Below are positions 1 to 10,000 of a stretch of DNA of 64,000 bases, piece after piece. The stretch is from assembly GCA_963665845.2 (NCBI GenBank), contig OY762492.1:928001-992000 (forward strand). Direction: 5' to 3'. A program made the translations under genes and the position numbers. The DNA is from Candidatus Poribacteria bacterium. GTDB taxonomy: Bacteria; Poribacteria; WGA-4E; GCA-2687025. Below the pieces are notes generated by a model. That model was not told the origin of the DNA. It saw nothing but the letters and a program-made list of their open reading frames with translations, and ran no database searches. Each line of letters starts with the position of its first letter. Positions within the stretch are counted from its first letter, which is position 1.

Positions 1-63
1 CTGAAAAAGGCGGAAGGGTGAAAAATAGTCACGCAGCAGCTCAAAAAAGAGATGGTATAGCAT
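1..63 (-). CDS. mraY: Phospho-N-acetylmuramoyl-pentapeptide transferase, N-terminal fragment (runs off the window)
   Basis: Manual translation MLYHLFFELLRDYFSPFRLFQ resembles MraY N-termini; lies directly downstream of murF in dcw order. Confidence 0.8.
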   Translation of the reverse strand, partial: MLYHLFFELLRDYFSPFRLFQ

Positions 64-72
64 AAAATCCGC

Positions 73-1455
73 CTAGCCGTCTCCAAACGCTTCCAGTACC
101 TTTTCCAGCTGAATCGACCGCGAGGCTTTCAGCAGGGCGCAGTCGGTCGGCTGAAGGCGCCGGCGCAGCTCCAGCGCCGCTTCTTCGACCGTCGCGCATG
201 GCGCCGTTTCAAGGACGCCCGACGACGCCGCCGCTTCCGACATCGCATGCCGAAAACGCCCGACAGGGATGAATCCCCATAGCCATGACGGGTTCAGCCC
301 GCCTGCGATCTCTTCATGGAGGCGCCTCGCCCGCTCCCCTAGCTCCAGCATTTCGCCGAGAACGACCCAGCGCCGACCCTCGCACGGCAGCGCCTGAAAC
401 GACGCCAACGCGGCGCGCGTGGAGGCGGGGTTCGCGTTGTAGCAGTCGACGATGAAGCGGACGCCGTCCGCCGAGACGGGCTGCATGCGCATCGGCGGCG
501 GTTCCGCTTGAGCCAAGCGTTGGATCATCGTCTCCGCGGAGACGCCGAGAAGGCTGCCGACCGCGAACGCCGCCAGCGCGTTCATCGCCTGATGCGCTCC
601 CGGCGCCGGGACGAAGGCGCGCCCCGCCCGCTTGCCTTCCAGGCGCAGGTCGAAATGGACGCCGTCCGCGCGCGGCTCGATCTTTTCCGCCCGCGCGTCC
701 GCCTCCATGCGCGTCCCGAAGGTCTTAACCCGCGCGCAGCGTTCCGCCAGAGAAGCGACGCGCCGATCGTCCGCGTTTAGAACCGCCCATTCGGTTGAAA
801 GCGGCAGCGCGCTTTTCTCCTCTAAAATGCGCTCTTCGTTGATCAGATACTCCGAATGGGACAGGCTCACGTTTAAAAGCGCTCCGATTGTCGGGCGGGC
901 GATGTCAACCAGCTCGGCGATCTCTCCAAAGCGGTTCGTTCCCATCTCAAGAACGGCGTATTGATGAGTTGATTCCAGCCGAAGGAGCGTGTGCGGGACT
1001 CCGACGCGGTTGTTGAAGCTTTTGAACGGCTTGAGCGCGTCCTTCCCTAAAACAGCCGCCATCCACTCTTTTGCGCTGGTTTTGCCGTTGCTGCCGGTGA
1101 TGCCGACGACCGGCAAATCGACGCGGCTGCGTACATGCTTTGCAAGCGCGATGTACGCCTCTCCCGTATCCTTCGCGGCGACAGCGAACGCGAATCGGTC
1201 GATGCCGTTGGCGTCTGTCCGTTCCTCGGAGACGAGCGCGCCGACCGCGCCGCGGTCCGCCGCCCCGTTCAGATACGCATGCCCGTCCGCCGTTTCGCCT
1301 TTTAAAGCGACAAACATCTCCCCTGGCTCCGCCGTGCGCGAATCGGTGGAGACGCCGACCGACGCCGCGCCCGCCGAGTCATGCAGAATGCGTCCACCGA
1401 CCGCTTTCTGGACGTCTTGCGCCGAAAACGATGCGAGCAGACGGCGGCGGTTCAT
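73..1455 (-). CDS. murF: UDP-MurNAc-tripeptide--D-Ala-D-Ala ligase
   Basis: GITGSNGKTS P-loop, SFNNxxGVP, LEMG, DCYNANPAS, LGEMLELG and LKASR motifs; dcw context. Confidence 0.96.
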   Translation of the reverse strand: MNRRRLLASFSAQDVQKAVGGRILHDSAGAASVGVSTDSRTAEPGEMFVALKGETADGHAYLNGAADRGAVGALVSEERTDANGIDRFAFAVAAKDTGEAYIALAKHVRSRVDLPVVGITGSNGKTSAKEWMAAVLGKDALKPFKSFNNRVGVPHTLLRLESTHQYAVLEMGTNRFGEIAELVDIARPTIGALLNVSLSHSEYLINEERILEEKSALPLSTEWAVLNADDRRVASLAERCARVKTFGTRMEADARAEKIEPRADGVHFDLRLEGKRAGRAFVPAPGAHQAMNALAAFAVGSLLGVSAETMIQRLAQAEPPPMRMQPVSADGVRFIVDCYNANPASTRAALASFQALPCEGRRWVVLGEMLELGERARRLHEEIAGGLNPSWLWGFIPVGRFRHAMSEAAASSGVLETAPCATVEEAALELRRRLQPTDCALLKASRSIQLEKVLEAFGDG

Positions 1456-2931
1456 TTAAACGCCGTACCCTGCAGCCCGCAGACAAGCGCGCGCCGCTTC
1501 TCTGTCGTCAAACGAAGCGCGAACGCCGTTCGTCTCCTGATAGGTCTCATGCCCTTTTCCTGCGATGAGCGCGACGCTTCCAGGTTTCGCCGCGTCAACG
1601 GCGATGCGTATCGCCGCCATCCGATCCGTTTCGGAGACGCGGTCGGCGCCTTCAGGCATGCCTTTTTCGATCTGCTCAATGATCTCGTCGGGCTTTTCGG
1701 AGCGCGGGTTGTCGCTGGTGATGACGCTCAGGTCGGCGAGCCGTCCGGCGATTTCGCCCATCTTGGGGCGTTTGCCGGGGTCGCGGTCGCCTCCGCATCC
1801 GAAGACGACGATGACGCCGCTCGGCTTCAACGCGCGCGCCGCCAGCAGAAGCCGCTCCAGCGCGTCCGGCGTGTGCGCGTAATCGACAATGACGCGAAAC
1901 GGCTGCCCCTCGTCTATCGACTGAAAACGCCCCGGTATGGCGTCCACCGACTCCATGCCGCTGATTAGATACTTCGCCGAAAAGCCTAACCCATGTCCCG
2001 CCGCGGCGGCGGCAAGGGCGTTCAGCGCGTTGTATTCGCCGAGGAGCTGAAGACGGACGCCGCCGGCGTTTTTGCCGTCTATCGTCAGATCGAACGCGGT
2101 GAACGAGGCGTTCGATTCCAGATTGCCGGCGCGGACATCCGCCTCGCCGCCGAACCCGAAACGAACAAGGCGCGCCGCTTCGACTTCAGCCGCCGTTTCA
2201 AGATACAGCCCCGCCGACGGGTCGTCGATATTCACAGCCGCCGCGCCGCCCGGTTTCAGTTGACGAAACAGCTGCCGTTTCGATTGCCCGTACGCCTCCA
2301 TCGTGCCGTGATAGTCGAGATGGTCTTGGGTTAAATTGGTGAAAATCGCCGCGTCAAAACGGGTTGAAAAGAGCCGCCCTTGGTCTAGCGCGTGGGAAGA
2401 AACCTCCATCGCCGCCGCCTTGCCGCCGTTGTCGACCGCCTCGCGCAGGAGAGCGTTCGTCTCGATCGGATCGGGCGTCGTGGAGCGCGCCTCAACCGTC
2501 CGTCCGCCCGCTTCATGTCCTGTGGTGCCGATGCGGGCGCATGGCATGCCCGCCGCTTCAAAAACATTTTTGAGAAAATAGGTTGTGGAGGTTTTGCCGT
2601 TCGTCCCGGTGACGCCCGCCAGCGTCAACTGACGCGCTGGGTATCCGTACATAGCGTCTGCCAGATGCGCCAGTGCCTTGCGCGTATCGGGAGCCTGTAT
2701 CCACGCGGCGGTCTCAACGGTCGGCTCCGTCTCCGCCGCGACGACCGACGCGCCGCGGCGAACCGCCTGCTCAATGTAACGATGTCCGTCGGTATGAACG
2801 CCGCGCACCGCCACGAACAGAGACCCCGGCTGCGCCTCTCGGCTGTCTAAGACGATGGAGCCGACGCGCGCTGCGCCGTCCCCAAAAAGACGGGCGCCTG
2901 CCGCCGCTCGAACCAGCTCCGTCGCTTTCAT
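1456..2931 (-). CDS. murE: UDP-MurNAc-dipeptide--meso-DAP ligase
   Basis: GVTGTNGKTST, TTPD, MEVSSHAL, NLTQDHLDYH, DYAHTPDA, FGCGGDRD, DNPR (meso-DAP specificity), GKGHETYQ. Confidence 0.97.
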   Translation of the reverse strand: MKATELVRAAAGARLFGDGAARVGSIVLDSREAQPGSLFVAVRGVHTDGHRYIEQAVRRGASVVAAETEPTVETAAWIQAPDTRKALAHLADAMYGYPARQLTLAGVTGTNGKTSTTYFLKNVFEAAGMPCARIGTTGHEAGGRTVEARSTTPDPIETNALLREAVDNGGKAAAMEVSSHALDQGRLFSTRFDAAIFTNLTQDHLDYHGTMEAYGQSKRQLFRQLKPGGAAAVNIDDPSAGLYLETAAEVEAARLVRFGFGGEADVRAGNLESNASFTAFDLTIDGKNAGGVRLQLLGEYNALNALAAAAAGHGLGFSAKYLISGMESVDAIPGRFQSIDEGQPFRVIVDYAHTPDALERLLLAARALKPSGVIVVFGCGGDRDPGKRPKMGEIAGRLADLSVITSDNPRSEKPDEIIEQIEKGMPEGADRVSETDRMAAIRIAVDAAKPGSVALIAGKGHETYQETNGVRASFDDREAARACLRAAGYGV

Positions 2932-4766
2932 TCGTCCGCCTGCGCCTCATTGATAAACGGGTTCAACCGCTCGTACGACGCGATGCGTTTGTTTCGCATG
3001 ATCGCCTCGACAACCGCCTTGAAGGCCGGGCCGGCGACCGCGCCGCCGTAATACGCCCCGCCTCTCGGCTCATCAATCAGAATGATCATGGAGTACTCAG
3101 GGGCGTACGCCGGGAAAAAGCCGGCAAAACTGCTGATGTAGGACCCGCGCTTGTAGCCGCCTCCGTTTGGGCTTGCCTTCTGCGAGGTGCCTGTCTTGCC
3201 GCCAATCGAGACGCCTTCCACCTGAACAGCCCGCCCCGTTCCTTCCTCAACGACGCCGACAAGCAGGTCGGCGACGATGCGCGCCGTCCGCGCGCTGATC
3301 GGGCGCCCGATCTCCTTCGGCTTGATCTTCTCCACCGTCTCGCCGTTTTGATTTCGCGTCTCCAGAACGACCCGCGGCTGCATGATAACGCCCTTGTTCG
3401 CAATCGCGTTGAACGCCGTCAGCAGCTGTATCGGCGTCATCGAAATGCCCTGACCCCAAGGCGCAAAGTTGATCGCAAACCCGGCGCGGTTGTAAAGGTC
3501 AAGTATGGAACCGGAGCGCTCATGGGGTAGATCGATGTTCGTTTTTTGGTGAACCAAGAATCGCTTGATCTGCTCCCGGTACTCTTCCTGCGTCATGCGG
3601 CGCGCCAGCTTCGTAACGCCGATGTTGCTCGACTTGTAGATCACCTCCGCGACGGTCAGGTCGCCGTACGGATGCGAATCGCGGATCTGCTTTGGTATGC
3701 GCGGCGGCTTGAAGGCGCCGTTCTCGCAATAAATAATCTCGTTCAGATCGGTCGCCTTGCCCGACTCGATGAGCGCGGCAATCGTGAGCGCCTTGAAAAC
3801 GGAACCCGGCTCATACGGACTCCAGATCGCCTGGTTGCGTTTCGATTCTTTTTTCAGATCGGGATCGTTATACAGGTTCGGGTCGTAGGTCGGGTAATTC
3901 GCCATCGCCAGCACATCGCCGTTGCGCGGGTCCATGACAATGCCGACGGCTCCGACAGCGTTATGCTCAACAACCTGCGCCTCTAGAGCGTTCTCCAGCG
4001 CAAACTGAATCTCCTGGTCAATGGTGAGAACGACCCCCTCGGCGCGTTTCGGGACGCCGCCTTTGACAACCTCCAGGTCAGTAATCCGCCCGCGCGCGTC
4101 TTTCACCCCTGTGCGTTCGACCGTGCGCGCGCGTATTTTCTTGTCGTAGGTCAATTCGACGCCGTCGATTCCTTTTCCGTCAATGTTGGTGAACCCGACG
4201 ACATGGGAAGCGAGCGTTCCGCGCGGATACGCCCGGCTGCTTTCCACCTTCTCTTTCAAAGCCCCTTTTGGGAACCAGCGGAAGTTGTTCTCATGCAGCT
4301 CCCGCTCCAGCGCCTCAAACTCCGGCGGATCGATCCAGCGAATCGCATATTCAAAACCGCGCTCGCTCTCAATCTTTTTGAGCATGTCGTCCGGACTGGC
4401 GTTCTGCGGGTGATGCGCCGCAAGAATTTCCGCCATCTTTTTCTTTCGCCGGTTTAAAAACTCCGCGGAGTAGCGTTTTGCCAGATCCTTGTAATACCGC
4501 GTATCGACCGAGATGGAGTATTTGTTCTTGCTGACGGCGAGTTCGCGCCCTTTTCGGTCCCATATTCCGCCGCGCTGAATGTTCTCTTCAAAGCTGGCGA
4601 CCGTCTGATTGCCAAGCGACTTGAACTCTTCCGTCCGTATCCACTGAATATCGAACAGGCGGTAGATAAGTCCTAAGGCGAGAAGAGCCGCGGCATAGAT
4701 CATCCACTGTATGCGCGCGTTTGGACGAAACGGAAGACGCGGCTGCGCCTTTCTTCTGCGCTTCAT
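2928..4766 (-). CDS. ftsI: Class B penicillin-binding protein (PBP3)
   Basis: N-terminal TM, RGxIxDR, SxxK (GSVFK), SSN and KTGTSQ motifs; between ftsL and murE. Confidence 0.93.
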   Translation of the reverse strand: MKRRRKAQPRLPFRPNARIQWMIYAAALLALGLIYRLFDIQWIRTEEFKSLGNQTVASFEENIQRGGIWDRKGRELAVSKNKYSISVDTRYYKDLAKRYSAEFLNRRKKKMAEILAAHHPQNASPDDMLKKIESERGFEYAIRWIDPPEFEALERELHENNFRWFPKGALKEKVESSRAYPRGTLASHVVGFTNIDGKGIDGVELTYDKKIRARTVERTGVKDARGRITDLEVVKGGVPKRAEGVVLTIDQEIQFALENALEAQVVEHNAVGAVGIVMDPRNGDVLAMANYPTYDPNLYNDPDLKKESKRNQAIWSPYEPGSVFKALTIAALIESGKATDLNEIIYCENGAFKPPRIPKQIRDSHPYGDLTVAEVIYKSSNIGVTKLARRMTQEEYREQIKRFLVHQKTNIDLPHERSGSILDLYNRAGFAINFAPWGQGISMTPIQLLTAFNAIANKGVIMQPRVVLETRNQNGETVEKIKPKEIGRPISARTARIVADLLVGVVEEGTGRAVQVEGVSIGGKTGTSQKASPNGGGYKRGSYISSFAGFFPAYAPEYSMIILIDEPRGGAYYGGAVAGPAFKAVVEAIMRNKRIASYERLNPFINEAQADE

Positions 4767-5237
4767 CTACTCTTCGATCTCCAGGTTGTTTTGTCGGCTC
4801 AGCTCAAGGAACGTCTCTTGGACGACCGCCGTTTTTCGGGCGCTGAGCGATTCGCCGACCTGCGCCATCATCTGCGGCAACGGGGCGTCTGTCAACACCA
4901 CCACAGGGCGCCTCTCCGCTTTCACAAAACCGAGATCCTGCGCGACCGAGGCGACGTATGCGGGCGCATGCCGGCGCTCCACCTCAATGTGCGCAATGTC
5001 GATGGCGTTGCTGACCGATTCGATACGGTCGTTGATTTCGTTGATCTCAAACGAAATCTGCGTCTGCGAGTTGGCGAGCCATATCTGCACGGCGCAGACA
5101 GCCGCAAGCGCGCCCATCAAAAGGATTGGGGGCCATTTTGCCATCGCGTCTTTCAATTCTGCGCGTTGAGACCGGCGCATTTCAACACGCCTGCTCCGCG
5201 CCTTGCCGCTGTGACACTCCGAATTCATCGTCATCAA
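4767..5237 (-). CDS. ftsL: FtsL-like cell division protein
   Basis: Basic N-terminus, single TM, coiled coil, AxxLG motif; position between rsmH and ftsI. Confidence 0.65.
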   Translation of the reverse strand: MMTMNSECHSGKARSRRVEMRRSQRAELKDAMAKWPPILLMGALAAVCAVQIWLANSQTQISFEINEINDRIESVSNAIDIAHIEVERRHAPAYVASVAQDLGFVKAERRPVVVLTDAPLPQMMAQVGESLSARKTAVVQETFLELSRQNNLEIEE

Positions 5238-5250
5238 TCATCCTACATTT

Positions 5251-6135
5251 CTAGTATGGCGCGAATCGCAGCGCGCGCAACTTCGCGCTGCGAGACCGCG
5301 GATTCATACGAAGCTCATTGTCAGTCGGAGTCGCCGGCTTCTTGCGCAAAATTTCGTACGCGGGGTTGCGCCGCGCCTCATTCCGAAACCGCCATTTGAC
5401 AAGCCGATCCTCCAGTGAATGAAAGGAAAGGACGCACAGCGTTCCCCCGGCGTTCAACGCCGGGATCGCCGCGTCCAGACCCTCCCGCAGCTTGTCCAGC
5501 TCATGGTTGACAGCGATTCGCAGAGCCTGAAAAACGCGCGTCGCAGGATGAATGCGCCCGCCCGCTCCGCGCGAGCCGACCGCTTTCACAAGCTGCCCCG
5601 TCGTTTCAAATGGTTCCATGCGCCGCTGTTTCGCCACTGTATTCGCAATCTGTTTGGATCGCCGATCGCCTCCGAATTCGCGGAAGATCTGTTCAAGCCG
5701 CTTCTGCGAGTATGTGTTTAAAACGTCAGCCGCCGTTATTGACGTTTCAGGATTCATACGCATATCGAGCGGTTCGCCGCGCTGAAAGGAAAATCCGCGC
5801 CCCGAATCTTCCAGCTGGGCGGATGATACGCCCAGGTCCATGAGTATGCCGTCCGCCTTTGGCAGCTCCATACGGGCAAGGTCGGCAAAATTCGCATGCT
5901 CAAGGACGACGCGCTTCCCGAAACGCGCCAGACGCCGCCCCGCCGCAAACGCCGCCTCTGGGTCCTGGTCAATCCCCAGAAGACGCCCATCGGGCGCGGA
6001 CGCTTCAAGAATCGCCTCCGCATGTCCGCCAAGACCGACCGTCGCGTCAATATAAAAGCCGTTCGACTTCGGCTGAAGACATACCAGCGCCTCTTCCAGC
6101 ATAACCGGCTGGTGATGTCTGTAAGGCATGCGCAT
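5251..6135 (-). CDS. rsmH: 16S rRNA m4C1402 methyltransferase
   Basis: HxPVML, DATVGLGGHA, DLGVSS, PLDMRM, HPATRVFQALRIAVN, SFHSLEDR, NPRSRSAKLR. Confidence 0.98.
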   Translation of the reverse strand: MRMPYRHHQPVMLEEALVCLQPKSNGFYIDATVGLGGHAEAILEASAPDGRLLGIDQDPEAAFAAGRRLARFGKRVVLEHANFADLARMELPKADGILMDLGVSSAQLEDSGRGFSFQRGEPLDMRMNPETSITAADVLNTYSQKRLEQIFREFGGDRRSKQIANTVAKQRRMEPFETTGQLVKAVGSRGAGGRIHPATRVFQALRIAVNHELDKLREGLDAAIPALNAGGTLCVLSFHSLEDRLVKWRFRNEARRNPAYEILRKKPATPTDNELRMNPRSRSAKLRALRFAPY

Positions 6136-6181
6136 TTCCTCAACTCAACGACGCGCTCAAACAAAAGCCTGACTTGGGCGC

Positions 6182-6210
6182 ATTGTACAAAAAGGCGGCG
6201 GGCGTGTCAA
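6182..6210 (-). promoter_or_regulatory. Sigma-70 promoter of the dcw operon
   Basis: Minus strand TTGACA-17 nt-TACAAT, about 45 nt upstream of the rsmH start. Confidence 0.75.
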
Positions 6211-6308
6211 CTCCCAAATGCGCATTTCCGCCCTTTTCTTGACCCAAAACCCGTAAACTGCCATCATTATCAAGCGAAAGATGTTTCAAACGCAGAAAGG
6301 CGAACCTC

Positions 6309-6613
6309 TGATGGCTCTCTTCAAGGCGGCAAGGCTGCGGGAAATACCGCCGGGAACCCGCCGGCTCGTTGACATACACGGCATCGAAACGCTGCTCTTC
6401 AACATTGACGGAGAACTCTACGCCACCGGCAACTACTGCCCGCACGAAGAGATCGAACTGGACAGAGCCAGCCTGAACGGACGCATACTCACCTGCTGGG
6501 AACATGGCTACGAATTGCGAATCGACACGGGAGAATGCCTGACCGACTGCTCGCTGAAACTGCCCGTCTTCCCGGTTGTCGTCAAGGACGGGCTGGTGTA
6601 TGTGGAGCTGTGA
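6309..6613 (+). CDS. Rieske-type [2Fe-2S] ferredoxin
   Basis: CPH...CWEH Rieske ligands; start could also be 6281. Confidence 0.88.
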
Positions 6614-6623
6614 ACGGAGGCGG

Positions 6624-6713
6624 TGGCGGAGAGAGAGGGATTCGAACCCTCGGTGACGTTGCCGCCACACATGATTTCCAGTCATGCCAGTTCAGCCGCT
6701 CCTGCATCTCTCC
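6624..6713 (-). tRNA. tRNA-Ser(GGA)
   Basis: GGAGAGATG... acceptor stem, anticodon arm GCATGA-CTGGAAA-TCATGT, long variable arm, GGTTCGAATCC, encoded CCA. Confidence 0.97.
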
Positions 6714-6777
6714 GATCTGCGAACCATCATCAGCCTGAATCATACGCCCGATACAGCTCAAGGTCAAATGGAATGCT

Positions 6778-7046
6778 CAGATATTGAGGCTTTAGTTGGG
6801 ACGTGCCGGCGGACGGACGCGGACAGTTTCTGCGGCGCCTCTAGATTCCCGCTTGCGCGGGAATGACAAAGTGAGGTCGCATGTCGTTTTGTTCCCCCTT
6901 GAAAAGGGGGCTAGGGGGGTTTGATCCGCAAGGGATGGACTCTGGATTCCCGCTTGCGCGGGAATGACGGCGTGTAGTATGGACGCTTACGGTGAACTCG
7001 GACAGCGCCTGCGGCGCCTAAGATTCCCGCTTGCGCGGGAATGACG
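6778..7046. repeat. Mosaic intergenic repeat cluster: three ATTCCC-N8-GGGAAT palindromes, one CCCCCTTGAAAAGGGGG palindrome and a degenerate MITE end
   Basis: ATTCCCGCTTGCGCGGGAATGAC at 6845, 6946 and 7023; second palindrome near 6894; GGCTTTAGTTGGG shared with 41230. Confidence 0.9.
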
Positions 7047-7093
7047 AAAACGAGCGGGCGGCATTCGTTCATAAACAGAAGGCGCCCAGCCCG

Positions 7094-10000
7094 CTACAAC
7101 AGCTCCCCGCGCACCATCAGCGCCGACGAAACGGCGAAGTAGTCCCGCCCCGCCTCCACCCTGTCTTTCAGATAACTTAGGCTAAGGTTCAGGTCGGCGC
7201 GCACATGGCGGCTCAAACGGTATCCAAGCTGCAGCGCCGTCTGGTAACGCTCCGAGCGCTCTTCGGACTGGTCGCCGAGATTCCCGCGCCGAACGACCGC
7301 CGTCAAGTAGTTCGTCACGTTTAGGTTCTGCTCCAACTTCACAACCGTTCCGATGATCGGAACGCGCCAGCCGGACGCCGTTTTCAAGGTGTAGTCGACG
7401 CTCATGCTGGGCGTCACGATGATCGAGTTCGTTTCCACGCCGCTGCGCTCCTGGCGCCTAAAGTTGATGCGGCTGCCGAGGGACAGGCGCGTTTCGCCCA
7501 TCGTCTGCCGCCAGGTGAGCGCGCTTTCATGGGAGCGGCTGTCCCCAAAAATGGAGGCGCTGTTGGAACGCTCCGTCGTGTTGAAATTGTAGCTGAGCTG
7601 AATTGTGGAGCGTCCGCCGCGGGCGAATATCTGTGCGTCCGCCCCGGCGAGAAGCGAGTCGTCTTGAGAACCTGCGCCGACATTTTTTGTGTAGCTGTCG
7701 CGCATTGAGGCGTCCGCGCTGAGCGCGAGCCATTGAAGCGGATCGAACGACCCGCGCATCGACAGGCGGACGGAGCGCGTGGACGAGGAACGCTCCGGCG
7801 CGTCCTCCGGCATGCGCAGCGCGTCCAGGACCGTCGCGTCCAATTTCAGCCTGCGCAGATAATCGCGTATGTCGATGCTGTAATCGGCGCTGAGAGCCAG
7901 CGTGTTAACGGAGCGCTGAAACGGGTTCAGTCCGTCGTCGGCGAACCGATCGCGCCCGCCGGCAAGGGCGCGGTCCATCTGCATATTTCCCGCCCCAAGC
8001 CAGTCGGCGCGGTTCAGCTGCGCCTCCTCATAGGCGTACGGATCGTATCCGTACTGGCTCATGCGGTCGAGGCTCTCCTGCTCGCGGAAAAAATCCTCGT
8101 CCATCTCGACCGAATCGAGCGGCGGCGTATTCGATGAGCCGCTTGGCAACGGGGGAGGATTCGTTTCGGTTGACTCGTCTGTCTGCGCGGTCTCTTCAGC
8201 CGTCTCCGTTTCGGTTGAATCGTCCGTCTGCGCGGTCTCTTCAGTCGTTTCCGTTTCGGTTGACTCATCCGCCTGCGCAGTCTCTTCAGCCGTTTCCGTT
8301 TCGGTTGAATCGTCCTCATCCGCCTGCGCGGTCTCTTCAGCCGTCTCCGTTTTGGTAGAATCGTCTGTCGCGGCAGTTTCTTCTGCCGTTTCCGTTTCGG
8401 TAGAATCGTCTGTCGGCGTTGGCTCGTCAGCCGCTTCTGTTTCGGTTGAATCGTCTGTCGCGACGGTTTCTTCTGCCGTTTCCGTTTCGGTTGGCGCGGT
8501 CTCTTCAGCCGTTTCTGTTTTGGTAGAATCGTTCGCCGGTGCGGTCTCTTTTTCATCCGCTTCGGCGCCGTTTTCTATAGCAAGGGGACCGATGCCCGGT
8601 CCGTCCATCGGCTCCGTCCGCTTCGTTTCAAAACTGAAGAGCTCGGCGAGCCGAAAGGTGGCGCCGAACCGCGCGTTGAAGTTGAGCGAGATGTCTTTTT
8701 GCTGTTCAAACCAGTTCTCCCGCGCGTTCATCTGCGCCCCGATATTCGGACGCGCGCCGAAAAAAGAGCGGTTGATTGTCGGACGAAGCGACACCCGATG
8801 CCCCCGCTCCGACAACCCAAAACGCCCCTCCGATTTCCCCTCCTCCGTAGAAGACAGCGCCATCTCCCGCGTCACATCGTAGGTCGGCTGAAGGCGCAGC
8901 GACGCAAACGGGCTGAGCTGCAGACTGATCGAACCGCTGTCGATGATGCGGTCGTTCAGGCTGCTGCCGTAGTACCCGTAGTCGCCGCCGTCGGAGGCGT
9001 TCGGGTCTCCCGTTTCGCGGTCAACCCTCACATCCTCGTGCCGGTATTCGGCGTTCAACCCGAATTTGCGCGCCGCGTCGTACCGCAGCGTCGCCACGTA
9101 GAGATCGCTGAACTCGGTGCCGCGGCTTTCGTTCCAATGCTCCTGCGAGTCGTACATCACATTCAGCGAGGGCCATTTCTGAAATTGAACGCCGCCGCGC
9201 GCCGTGCGGTTGGAGACCGTATTGCGCCCCAGCTGCGCCGTCCGAATGAGGTTGTAACTCTCTTCGGTTTCGGTTTCCTGATTCCGGACGCTGTACTCCA
9301 GCGGAAGCCACCGCGCGGGCGTGAAACGCGCGTTCATACTGAAATCGTTTGCGCTCTGGCTCAACTGCTGATACCGCCTGCCGTAAGAGGAACCGGCGGG
9401 CTGCGCGGCGGACTCTTCAAACTCCTGATCTTGGCTCGACGCGCTCACCTGCACCTGCAGCAGATTTCCAAGCCGAAACTGGCTGTCCCCCCGCCGCGCC
9501 CAGCCCGACTCAACAAGCGGATCGGCGAGGTAGATGTCGTTCACCCACAGCTCGCCTTCCATCGTCTCGCCGGTCTCGTTCTGAATGCCCAGAACAACGC
9601 CGCCGACGCTTGTCAAGGAGGGCGAACCGGCGACGCGCAGCCCGTCCGGATGCCCGTCTCTGTTCTCGTCCGCTATCGATACGACCGCCTGCTTCCAGCC
9701 CGTGAAATCGATGGGGAGGGTGTATTCGTAGTAATCGACCAGCTCCTTGAACACATTCACCTTCGGCTCCTCCTTGTCGGCGCCGCTCCCAGTGTGACGG
9801 TAACTATAGGAGAAGTTGGAACGCAGCGCCGCGCTCAACCGCAGCACCAGCGACGCCCCCGTCGGACGCCCCGCCGGGTTGTAGACCCATATCTTGAGCG
9901 TCTGATGCTTGGAAAGGTCGGCGCCGTCGCCTTGGCGCGGTCCCTCAACCCGCCGCCAGGTGACGCCCAGAGAGTCGGGGTCCAACCCGTACTCCAGCGC

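Noticed and set aside
6614-6713. tRNA-Ser as an integration site for an island or prophage
   Set aside because: No integrase and no duplicated tRNA 3' end found in the window
6845-7046. Three identical ~24-bp palindromes as a possible CRISPR array
   Set aside because: Periods are irregular (101 and 77 bp), the same unit is dispersed across the window, and there are no cas genes
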